From: Auanema rhodensis
Taxonomy: Eukaryota > Animalia > Nematoda
Direction: 5' to 3'
DNA length: 64,000 nucleotides
Assembly: GCA_964057225.1 (NCBI GenBank)
Contig: OZ059894.1
Location: 8,804,001-8,868,000, forward strand
Shown: positions 53,475-64,000 of the stretch, one piece after another
Position numbering within the stretch: position 1 is the first letter of the stretch
Layout: the number at the start of each line of letters is the position of its first letter
The notes under the pieces: generated by a model
Told to the model about the DNA's origin: nothing
Databases searched by the model: none
What the model saw: only the letters and a program-made list of their open reading frames with translations
Program-made: the position numbers and the translations under genes

Positions 53475-54781
53475 TCAGTTTTCAGTGGGAAGTGGATAAC
53501 CAAAGATCTCATAATCATATTTGAAAATATCAAGAAATATTGAAAGTAAAGTAGAATTATTTCTGATTTCGAAGTTGATTTTAGGCTGAATATCCATTTC
53601 TTCAGTTGCATGAGCTGTCTTTTCTTTTCCTTTAACCAAACATTGCAGAATTTTTAAGTGAACATCAAACTTACTCATTAATTCATGACGAATGTACAGA
53701 ATTTTGGACATGGGAACCTTCATCTGTGATAGGGTGGATAACAAGTCATCTATCATTTCCACTTTTTCTTTCCCACTTTTGTATTTCAGAAATGTAGCAG
53801 TTTCATATACCATGGACATGTTGCAATACCTGTAGTTTATATTATTTTTGGCTATCATCTTAGTTTTTACCATGTTTGAGGTGATAAGTGAACAAGAGGA
53901 TGACTATAAGGATATCCTTCAATACCATTAGTTGCACGTTCTCTCAGGGTTTGTCTCAAGTTTGTTAGAACACAATGCAAGTTCTTAGGATTACAATTCA
54001 GACAATTTTTAACCCTTCAAGAAAATTTTTAAGTAAATTGTGAATTGTGCAAACTTAAGGCATTGATCCAAGTAACCACTCACAAATCTAGATAATGGAT
54101 CACGTACCATTACTAGCATATTGAAACCAAATGGAAGCCTTTTTTTTAATTCTTCAAACGAATCTACATAATTTCGAGATTCACATATTCTGAAAATGTT
54201 ATTGATTTGGCTAAAATCTTCAAAAATCTACCTGTCCTCCCACAATCCAGTTGAAATACTCTTGTTTTGTTGAAGAAACTCCTCAGTATCGTACAAGTAG
54301 CATAGTATATTGGTTAAAACAGTGGACATAGACTTTAAAATTCTACAGTGACCTAACCGATGAGCTGGTACAATCTGAATTGAAATACTTCACTTTTCAG
54401 AAAATTATTACAGAATACCGAGTATTGAGATTTTGACATCTTTTGAAAAGGTGGAATTGGTGAACTCATAACCGCTCAAACATAGGAAATATTTACATTT
54501 AAAAAACAATTTATATACTTACTGTAATTCTGAAGAATTGTATGAATATTTTCCTTAACTTTCATGCTATACGGATCGGAAGAAATTTCAAAATAGTCAA
54601 ATAGAAAATTTGATAGTTCATATTTTTGCGATTGAGTTTGAGTTTGATTATACAATATAATACACGAAAGTAATATTGAAATAGTTAGTGAAATATTCAA
54701 TAATTTACACTTAAAAATTATATGTTTTTTATTTTTTAAATTGAAATAATTTGAATCTAAAAATGGTTCTGTGTCTGCCAT
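53475..54781 (-). CDS. Sulfotransfer_2 family (carbohydrate sulfotransferase-like) type II membrane protein
   Basis: Seven exons in frame, with an N-terminal TM and the motifs HCRILKSMSTVLTNILCYLYD, VRDPLSRFVSGYLDQC, HLSPQTWYC and IFKYDYEIFGY. Confidence 0.87.
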
Positions 54782-55183
54782 GCCTGAAATTAGATACTAG
54801 AATAATATTTGTTTCTTGAAAAAGAGAAATGGTAGAAACTAAGCCGCATCATCTGAGCGAAGATCACCGAATAAACTGTTTGAACTCATTCACGAAAAGA
54901 ATGACGTGTGAAACGCAAATTAGATTCTAATCTTCAGTCTGGGATTCTTTGTCTCGAAATGCGTACTGACCGCCTTGTCCGCCGATTGGCTGGACAGTTT
55001 CATATTGACAATTATCGTTGGATTTTATTAAAATACTTCAAAAGTTATTACAAACGAGACTTGAATCATAAACGAAATAAGCATAAATCGTCTTAAGTTT
55101 TACCTGTTCTTTAAGCCATCAGCGTCTACAAAATGAAATTTCGGGGAAGATGTATATACATATGCATTAAAGTTCTTAAAATC

Positions 55184-55249
55184 AGATCTATTGCCCTATG
55201 ATAGAATCTGTGAATGCGGAAGAAAAATGAAACTTTATGTCGGAGACAT
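55184..55249 (+). repeat. 66 bp direct repeat (second copy 56238-56303) encoding a probable Merlin transposase N-terminal fragment
   Basis: Translates as DLLPYDRICECGRKMKLYVGD / DLLPNDGICECGSKMKLYVGD, like the LLPxxxxCxCGxxMKL start of Merlin/ISXO2-like transposases. Confidence 0.55.
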
Positions 55250-55429
55250 TCGCGTGATGAATAACCGTTTAGTCGGTTATACCATCAGTGTCAACAAAAA
55301 TAAAATTGGATTATTTGAGGATTTTCGCACATGACTGTATATATTAAAAAAGTGTTTGAAATTGAAATTATTTTTTAAAAATTTATATTATTACTTTTGA
55401 TTTAGCTTTTGCTCTCGTTTTCTGAAATT

Positions 55430-56046
55430 GCCTTCGACGACGAACACATGCGTTATTGTCTTGAGTTGTATTTCAATCAAGGTTTGAGTGCTCGAAAGCT
55501 AACAATCTTCTTTATGGTGACGATAATCTTTTTTATAATAAAACAAATTTCATCTCACTTGTGGTGAAGCAGTTCCACGAACATCTAAAACCAACATACT
55601 GACCTCTAAAAAGGTGATGTTATGTTGTTTTTGGGATGAAGAGGGAATAAGGAATAATCTTTACGAATTATTGAATTACGATGAGACAGTGAATAGTAGG
55701 CTCTATGCTGAACAAATTCAACAGTGTTTTATTAAAACGCCCACGCGAACCCAAGAAAATCTTTCTTCTACATGACAACGGCATCATTTGGATTAAGACG
55801 TGTGCCAAGTTGTGGAGGAGAAAGGATGATAGTTCCTGAAGCATATACCGTATTCACCTGACTTTACTTACAAAACCTAGAGCTGTTTTCAAAAAAGAAA
55901 TAAGAAATTTGATTAAGAATGAGCAGAAAGCCTTGGAAAATAAATTGTATTATTTTTAAAAGTTTTTAGAAACACGTTTTAAACTTATGAGGTGGTTGCG
56001 TGTGGGCACGAGGAGGGGCCAGGAACTTTTGCGCACACCGAATATA
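55430..56046 (+). mobile_element. Degenerate mariner transposon remnant
   Basis: Fragments EHMRYCLELYFNQGLSA, KKVMLCCFWDEEGI..YELL..DETVNSRLYAEQI, FLLHDNG and HIPYSPD are mariner motifs. A mariner-like terminal sequence (revcomp tattcggtgtgcgcaaaagttcc) lies at 56022-56044, followed by TA. Confidence 0.85.
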
Positions 56047-56328
56047 ACCGCCAACGTGAAATTGTATTATTAATGAAATTTTGGAATTTGAATAACACGG
56101 AAACGTGAAAACGTGAAAACGTGAAGATTAAATAGTTGTGATTTTCACTGTTTTATAAATATATTCTGAAATGGCCGGCTTCATTTTATTATTATTCCAG
56201 ATAGAAAACAAAAAAAAATCAAAGTTCATAAAAGCAAAGATCTATTGCCCAATGATGGAATCTGTGAATGCGGAAGTAAAATGAAACTTTATGTCGGAGA
56301 CATGTACGGTAAATTGTCTTAAGTTTTA

Positions 56329-56608
56329 CCTGTTCCTTGTAAGAAATTCCTTATATTAGACTTTACGTACGCAGAATATTCAGAATCTTTCAATGTTCTT
56401 TCAATTAGTTTTCTACTTCTCCAATGTAAATTAACAGAGAGTTCACATAATAGAATATACATACATATGAATATAAATAGGAAAACGGAAAAATAGATTC
56501 GAAATAATTTCTTTTTTTTTCTTTTTTTTCTTTCTGGTATATCACAGAACCGTCAAAAAATTGTTGTTCATCAACTGCTCCTTGAAGATGGACAGTACCT
56601 GACAACAT
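56329..56608 (-). pseudogene. Second copy of the orphan sulfotransferase first exon
   Basis: Essentially identical to 52889-53168 (same 67 aa ORF). Confidence 0.8.
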
Positions 56609-56825
56609 GATCTGGATTAGTTTAAGTTAATTTCTATTTTGTTATCAACTTCAGTGTTAAAAAAAACAAAAAAGTAAGAGCAAAATCGACGACATCCAAA
56701 TTTTGAATAAAATTATTTATCTAAACTTGCATCTTTTATTTAATTTAATGTTGATCACTCCAACCAGCGATCTGTATCAATATATGAAATTGAAAAATAA
56801 CCCATATAGTCTAATTAGAGAGATT

Positions 56826-57121
56826 GGCACATTTTTACAATACTCCCGCCCCCACTTGAAATTGATTAGAGTATTCAGAAATTGATAGTCATATTATTTA
56901 TCAATCACACGCTTTACCTTAATAATCCTTAATGAGGTTGAAAAAAAAAAGGGTTGATTTGCGTTTTGAACAAAAATGTTTATTCTTTAACATTAAAAAA
57001 TTATGATTTTAGAATACCGGGATTTTGAGCATCTCTTCTAATTTTCTTCGATAGTTGGAGCCTTTTTTTAAATATACTCAATTACGTATAAAGTGGAGGG
57101 GGAGTATTGTAAAAAAGAGCC
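56826..57121. mobile_element. Merlin-type MITE (296 bp) with ~32 bp imperfect TIRs and 8 bp TSD
   Basis: Left end ggcacatttttacaatactcccgcccccactt versus revcomp of right end ggctcttttttacaatactccccctccactt. GAGAGATT flanks both sides (56818-56825 and 57122-57129). Confidence 0.85.
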
Positions 57122-57239
57122 GAGAGATTTTTCCACTGTTCGAGGCTCAAGGCTTATCCACTGTCAATAGTTTTGGCAGACTAGGAGTACTTCATGGACA
57201 CAGACAGTACTTTTTTAGGTGCTTAGGGTACTCATAGTT

Positions 57240-57620
57240 ATTGGTAGCTCTGCATGTACTATTGACGCTGATGAGAGCTTGCTTTCGAGAAGAAAATACA
57301 TCGTAGAACGCGCAAAGAAACAAACTTGGACCTTCGATGGTGTATGCCACGAACCAAAAAAGCGGGAGTGCCGCCCCCCAGAGATGAGACTCTGTATTTA
57401 AATAAAATGCGTTGTACCTGATGAAACCAATGACACTTTCGAAATTTGCATATCAAGCACAGGCTTGACTATTATTTCCGACTATTGGAAAAGTTATAAT
57501 GGAATATCTCTAAAAGGCATGAAATATGAACACATGGCAATAAATAAAAAATACAGAAATTTAAGAATAAAAATGGTGGAAGGATATCTATGTGAATTTA
57601 TGAATTTATATAAGTATAGA
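57240..57620 (+). mobile_element. Degenerate Merlin (IS1595/ISXO2-like DDE) transposase remnant
   Basis: Fragments TIDADESLLSRRKY..R..KQTWTFDGV, TIISDYWKSYNGI..MKYEHMAIN and GYLCEFM, with stops and frameshifts. Confidence 0.82.
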
Positions 57621-58329
57621 TATGCAGATGTTAATTTTTTTTAAAGTATTTTGTATGATATTAGCTGTTATCAAAAATCAATAAAATATTGTCTCATGAT
57701 GATTTTTCATTTTAATTTATCAACCGCTAACAAATTTGCATTCTTTAGCAACTTGGCAACAACTGTAGTAGAGTCAAAAATTTATTTATTTTTGGATTTT
57801 TGGAACGCATTTTGAACAAAAATGTTTAATCTGTAACATAAAAAATTGTGAATTTAGAAAGCCTTCCATTGTTATTTGAATTTCACCTATATTTTAAGAA
57901 TTGATTATGAAAATGCAATTAAAGACCAGCTTTAGCACTATCTCTCATATATATCCGTTCAAATAATGTCTAAAATACTTTAACAAAATTAGATCTTTTC
58001 ACTACTTCAAATATAGTTAGATCTATCATACGTATGGAAGATTAAAAAAGAAAAACATGAATTTTGTGAATCGTTTCACAGCAAGCGGTTATATTCACAT
58101 GAAAAAGAAAGTAAAAAACACGGAATATTTCACGAAAGACTGAATGGTATTAATTCTGTAAGTTTATGCATTATTTCAGGTTGACCTCACATACTATTTA
58201 AAGAGCCTCTTTGCACGAATAATTCATTTCCCAATAACTTAATTTTTTGCTGTATATTTATATATTTTTTATATATTTTAACACTGAAGTCAATAACAAA
58301 ATAAAAATTTACCTGAACTAATCCAGATT

Positions 58330-59985
58330 ATGCTGCCAGACACTTTCAAACGGATTTCTCAGACAACTGTAGAAAAGATGGATTTACAACTATTATTAGA
58401 TGAATCAGCAATTAGTGACAAACAGGAAACAAAAATAATGAAATCATTTACTATTCAATTATGTTTCTTCATACTAATACTTGTCTGTATATTCTATTCA
58501 ATCCAAACATTGGACATTTATACTTGTGAAACAAACAGATTCAACGATTTAGTGTATAATTTGCCTATTTTGAGAAGATCCCCATTGAAAGATTCTGAAT
58601 ATTCTGCGTACGTAAAGTCTAATATAAGGAATTTCATACAAAGAACAGGTAAAACTTAAGACGATTTATGCTTATTTCGTTTATGATTCATGTCTCGTTT
58701 GTACTAACTTTTCATCAGCAGTTTTGGTACCAAACATTTGATAAATGTTTGAAAGACACTTTCTAAAACAAAAAATATTGAAATATCTTCAAGATAAGAG
58801 AAAGTTACAACCTTTGAACAATCTATTTCTCAATTAAAAAAGAAAGCATTTTAATAAAATCAAACGATAGTTGTCATTGTGAAACTGTGTGCCAATCGGC
58901 AAACGAGACGGTTTTTATGTTTTTAGAAAGGGTCTATGTTTTATTATTTACCGATGAATAAATTTAGATTGGGTCGACAATGAAGTTAAGCCTTTCCTTC
59001 ATGCTATACAAAATTACCGAGTAATTAGTCTTAATTCAATGAAGTGATATGAGAATATTTTTAGTTGGTTCCTGAACTTCAGCTCTCTCATTGTGTAATC
59101 ACCAAATCATTGTCAACAATACTTTTGAATGTCATGTGTTATATATATGATACTGAAGGATTTTTGGGTAATGGTTTAGATTTTAATGATGGATTTTGGG
59201 ATGAGAAGTACTTTTGAAAATTTTTTTCTGACTTTTTAGAAATTTAATTATAGACTTTGTAATGGGCGAAACAGAGTTAAAACTTATGAAGATTTAAAAA
59301 AGAATATGCCATTTGGATACAATAATCTTGTTGTTCTACGCGAACCTTTAAGTAGATTTATAAGTGGTTTCTTGGACAAATGTACAAGGTAAAAACTAGA
59401 CTTAATAATATGTTTACTTATTATTCTTCTAGAGAATATAAATGTTTTGGCTGTGAATCGAGCGATGTGTTCTGTGTTTTACAAAATCTAAGATCGAATT
59501 TAATTGATATTCAACTTGTAGTTTCAAAACTATATCCATGGAAGTTTGAATTAGCACACTTAGCTCCACAAACCTGGTTAGTTCTATTGATTATATAATT
59601 ACAATCAAACCCTGTTTCAGGTACTGTAATATGTCACACACTTATGAAAATGGGGTTTTTATTAAATATGGACACGGAGATGAGCATGAAAGAATGATAA
59701 AAGATTTGTCAGCAGCACTTATACAGCTTGACGTTCCACGCGAAAAGGTTGATTTCATTCAGCGAGAACTTTTAAGTACGTCGATTTAGTATTTGAAACT
59801 CTTTCATTTATAATTTCTATTTTTCAGAAGATAATCGTTCACCTCATACAACAGAGGATTGGGACCTAAGACCAAAGACATATCAAAAAATTCTCACGAA
59901 TCAAACTATATTTGATTTATTTATGAATATATTTAAGTTGGATTATGAAGCGTTTGGTTTTGAGTTACCGAAACTTATAGTGTAG
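58330..59985 (+). CDS. Sulfotransfer_2 family protein, tandem copy 1
   Basis: Seven exons in frame, with a TM segment and the motifs HCVITKSLSTILLNVMCYIYD, LREPLSRFISGFLDKC, HLAPQTWYC and IFKLDYEAFGF. Confidence 0.9.
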
Positions 59986-60178
59986 AAATTCGCAAATATT
60001 TAGTATTGTTTTTGAAATTGAATAATTAAATTAAATATAGTTATGAATAAATATATATTAATGCAAGTTTAAAAAAGTAATTATTCATTAAAAACGTTTA
60101 ACGCAATATTTCACGTGGTACGTGAAGTGATCTCAAACAACAGTTTATGCTAATTTTTTTCAAATTAGTGAATTTCTG

Positions 60179-60238
60179 AAGAATCTCATACAATAATAAT
60201 AATAATAATTATTATTATTATTATTATATGAGATTCTT
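60179..60238. repeat. Near-perfect 60 bp AT-rich palindrome (copy at 63500-63559)
   Basis: aagaatctcata-c-(aat)6(tat)6-atgagattctt. Confidence 0.85.
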
Positions 60239-60745
60239 TAAAACAAATTTAAAAAATATTTATACGCTTTGTTCATTTTATCTCGCGATTTATCTAATGT
60301 AGATAACTATTATTAATTTGAGTAATTAATATATAATACATTGAATCCCTATGGAAAATAGAAAATCACCTCAATAGGTCAGCTCTATTCATTTTAAAGA
60401 TCGTTGTTCGCCAACCTAGACACAATCTTCGACTTTTCAACAGGATGAACAAAACTAGAGAGATCCTTTAAAGATACGAAATGGACCTGTTCATTATTGT
60501 TACAATTTCATTAATGAATTTTTTATGTTTTCGTAACACCAAATAAAACATAAACTAGAGGTTTTTTATATCAAGAATTTTTAGTTTTCTTATGTTAGGA
60601 ATGTGTTTAGCATTATCCACTTCCATTCATGATCATGCAGATGTAACAAAAATTTGAAATTAGGAACAAATTAATTCATTAGAAATATTTTAAAATGATT
60701 CGAAGCACAAAGCTCAATTAATAACAAAGTTTTTAATAACAAAGC

Positions 60746-61011
60746 ATATCGTTTCGCCTACTCCCCCCATCAGATTATCATTAGAGCGCATGCGTTTTTT
60801 ACTCGAAAATACAGTCTCATCTCTGCGAGTTTATTACTTTTGATTTTTGTTGAAACTCGTTCCATCTGGGGGGTGATACCTCCCAGACCCCCCGGATCTC
60901 GGATAGAGCACTCCACCTAGTTTATGCGAAGCTGGTGCGTGCCCAAAATGTTATACGCGCGCTCTAATGTTAACTCTCTGATTATTAGGACAGGAGTGGG
61001 CGAAACGATAT
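60746..61011. mobile_element. Putative MITE / foldback element
   Basis: Inverted arms atatcgtttcgcc(t/c)actcc...atcaga..cattagagcgc..gcgt at both ends, an internal gggggg..ccccc hairpin, and TA at the ends. Confidence 0.6.
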
Positions 61012-61652
61012 ATAAGAAAACTAAGTATAACAGTTAAAATTATACTTAAAGTATTCCGATCATTGTACAAATAAATCTTCATAATTCTAAGCACAGACAC
61101 GTTGGAAGAATAAGAGGATAGTGTCTTCGTGATATATGAAAAAATTGATGGGTACCCTTTCACGAAAAGTCTTCAAGATTTGAGAAGATATCTTTGTACA
61201 TCCGAGATGTACAAAGATATCTTCTCTTTTCGGGATCAAAAAGTGTGCTTGGACAAGTTTTCTTTATGTCTTCTGTTCTTTAAAATACGTTTAACATGTG
61301 AATTCAGTCTACTTGTGTTCCCATGGATCAAAGAATAAGATGGGTAGATAACTAAACATAATTGAATGTGAATTGAATTTGATATGTTGTAGTGATCTTT
61401 CATTCAACGACTGGAAATTTTAAAAGAAAGTAAAATACCTTTTATATTCAAGGATAGAGAAAACTGTACTTATTACATGGTTGATTATTTAAATATTATC
61501 TGATTCAATCCACATACTATTTAAAGAGCCTCTTTGCACGAATAATTCATTTCCCAATAACTTAATTTTTTGCTGTATATTTATATATTTTTTATATATT
61601 TTAACACTGAAGTCAACAACAAAATAAAAATTTACCTGAACTAATCCAGATT

Positions 61653-63306
61653 ATGCTGCCAGACACTTTCAAACGGATTTCTCAGACAACTGTAGAAAAG
61701 ATGGATTTACAACTATTATTAGATGAATCAGCAATTAGTGACAAACAGGAAACAAAAATAATGAAATCATTTACTATTCAATTATGTTTCTTCATACTAA
61801 TGTTTGTCTGTATAATCTATTCAATCCAAACATTGGGCATTTATACTTGTGAAACACACAGATTCAATGATTTAGTGTATAATTTGCCTATTTTGAGAAG
61901 ATCCCCATTGAAAGATTCTGAATATTCTGCGTACGTAAAGTCTAATATAAGGAATTTCATACAAAGAACAGGTAAAACTTAAGACGATTTATGCTTATTT
62001 CGTTTATGATTCATGTCTCGTTTGTACTAACTTTTCATCAGCAGTTTTGGTACCAAACATTTGATAAATGTTTGAAAGACACTTTCTAAAACAAAAAATA
62101 TTGAAATATCTTCAAGATAAGAGAAAGTTACAACCTTTGAACAATCTATTTCTCAATTAAAAAAGAAAGCATTTTAATAAAATCAAACGATAGTTGTCAT
62201 TGTGAAACTGTGTGCCAATCGGCAAACGAGACGGTTTTTATGTTTTTAGAAAGGGTCTATGTTTTATTATTTACCGATGAATAAATTTAGATTGGGTCGA
62301 CAATGAAGTTAAGCCTTTCCTTCATGCTATACAAAATTACCGAGTAATTAGTCTTAATTCAATGAAGTGATATGAGAATATTTTTAGTTGGTTCCTGAAC
62401 TTCAGCTCTCTCATTGTGTAATCACCAAATCATTGTCAACAATACTTTTGAATGTCATATGTTATATATATGATACTGAAGGATTTTTGGGTAATGGTTT
62501 AGATTTTAATGATGGATTTTGGGATGAGAAGTACTTTTGAAAATTTTTTTCTGACTTTAGAAATTTAATTATAGACTTTGTAATGGGCGAAACAGAGTTA
62601 AAACTTATGAAGATTTAAAAAAGAATATGCCATTTGGAAACAATAATCTTGTTGTTCTACGAGAACCTTTAAGTAGATTTATAAGTGGTTTCTTGGACAA
62701 ATGTACAAGGTAACAACTAGACTTAATAATATGTTTACTTATTATTCTTCTAGAGAATATAAATGTTTTGACTGTGAATTAAGCGATGTGTTTTGTGTTT
62801 TACAAAACCTAAAATCGAGTTTAATTGATATTCAACTTGTAGTTTCAAAACTATATCCATGGCAGTTTGAATTAGCACACTTAGCTCCACAAACCTGGTT
62901 AGTTCTATTGATTATATAATTACAATCAAACCCTGTTTCAGGTACTGTAATATGTCACACACTTATGAAAATGGGGTTTTTATTAAATATGGACACGGAG
63001 ATGAGCATGAAAGAATGATAAAAGATTTGTCAGCAGCACTTATACAGCTTGACGTTCCACGCGAAAAGGTTGATTTCATTCAGCGAGAACTTTTAAGTAC
63101 GTCGATTTAGTATTTGAAACTCTTTCATTTATAATTTCTATTTTTCAGAAGATAATCGTTCACCTCATACAACAGAGGATTGGGACCTAAGACCAAAGAC
63201 ATATCAAAAAATTCTCACGAATCAAACTATATTTGATTTATTTATGAATATATTTAAGTTGGATTATGAAGCGTTTGGTTTTGAGTTACCGAAACTTATA
63301 GTGTAG
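61653..63306 (+). CDS. Sulfotransfer_2 family protein, tandem copy 2
   Basis: Same exon structure at offset ~3322, intact, with about 12 amino acid differences from copy 1. Confidence 0.9.
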
Positions 63307-64000
63307 AAATTCGCAAATATTTAGTATTGTTTTTGAAATTGAATAATTAAATTAAATATAGTTATGAATAAATATATATTAATGCAAGTTTAAAAAAGTA
63401 ATTATTCATTAAAAACGTTTAACGCAATATTTCACGTGGTACGTGAAGTGATCTCAAACAACAGTTTATGCTAATTTTTTTCAAATTAGTGAATTTCTGA
63501 AGAATCTCATACAATAATAATAATAATTATTATTATTATTATTATTATATGAGATTCTTTAAAACAAATTTAAAAAATATTTATACGCTTTGTTCATTTT
63601 ATCTCGCGATTTATCTAATGTAGATAACTATTATTAATTTGAGTAATTAATATATAATACATTGAATCCCTATGGAAAATAGAAAATCACCTCAATAGGT
63701 CAGCTCTATTCATTTTAAAGATCGTTGTTCGCCAACCTAGACACAATCTTCGACTTTTCAACAGGATGAACAAAACTAGAGAGATCCTTTAAAGATACGA
63801 AATGGACCTGTTCATTATTGTTACAATTTCATTAATGAATTTTTTATGTTTTCGTAACACCAAATAAAACATAAACTAGAGGTTTTTTATATCAAGAATT
63901 TTTAGTTTTCTTATGTTAGGAATGTGTTTAGCATTATCCACTTCCATTCATGATCATGCAGATGTAACAAAAATTTGAAATTAGGAACAAATTAATTCAT

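Larger units (their letters stand above)
58188..64000 (+). repeat. Recent tandem duplication, period ~3.32 kb (58188-~60680 vs 61511-64000, running off the window)
   Basis: Near-identical sequence at offset 3321-3323. Confidence 0.92.

Noticed and set aside
35998-63306. Sulfate permease plus sulfotransferases as a functional sulfation cluster
   Set aside because: They are separated by ~12 kb and three unrelated genes, with no shared regulatory evidence; probably coincidence.

Overview
AT-rich eukaryotic genomic DNA. Mostly 40-55 nt GT-AG introns with TTTCAG-type acceptors point to a rhabditid nematode. The ORF track is largely uninformative, so gene models were spliced by hand and exon coordinates are hand-derived. 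In order along the window: (1) the 3' end of a coiled-coil gene (tag-278/FAM184-like) whose last 18 codons follow a 4.5 kb intron; (2) two intact tandem pha-4/FoxA genes on the minus strand, inside about 25 kb of gene-poor, regulatory-looking DNA; (3) a compact block of NAT9-like acetyltransferase, thyrostimulin beta subunit gplb-1 (GPB5), sulfate permease sulp-1, a prion-like G/P/M/N-rich protein, a secreted Cys-rich protein and a TWK two-pore K+ channel; (4) a rearranged cluster of Sulfotransfer_2-family genes (3 intact, 2 orphan first exons) mixed with mariner and Merlin remnants and MITEs. The most notable system is the pha-4 pair. One copy is canonical; the other lacks the upstream exon and has a remodelled forkhead helix 1-2. 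The two are strongly diverged overall, yet share tracts that look identical by eye: 591 bp of 3'UTR carrying miR-124/miR-71 seed sites, 116 bp of N-terminal coding sequence, and a 91 bp upstream element with three PHA-4 consensus sites. The recognition-helix/wing coding region is near-identical. This suggests patchy gene conversion that keeps regulation and DNA specificity shared while other protein surfaces diverge.
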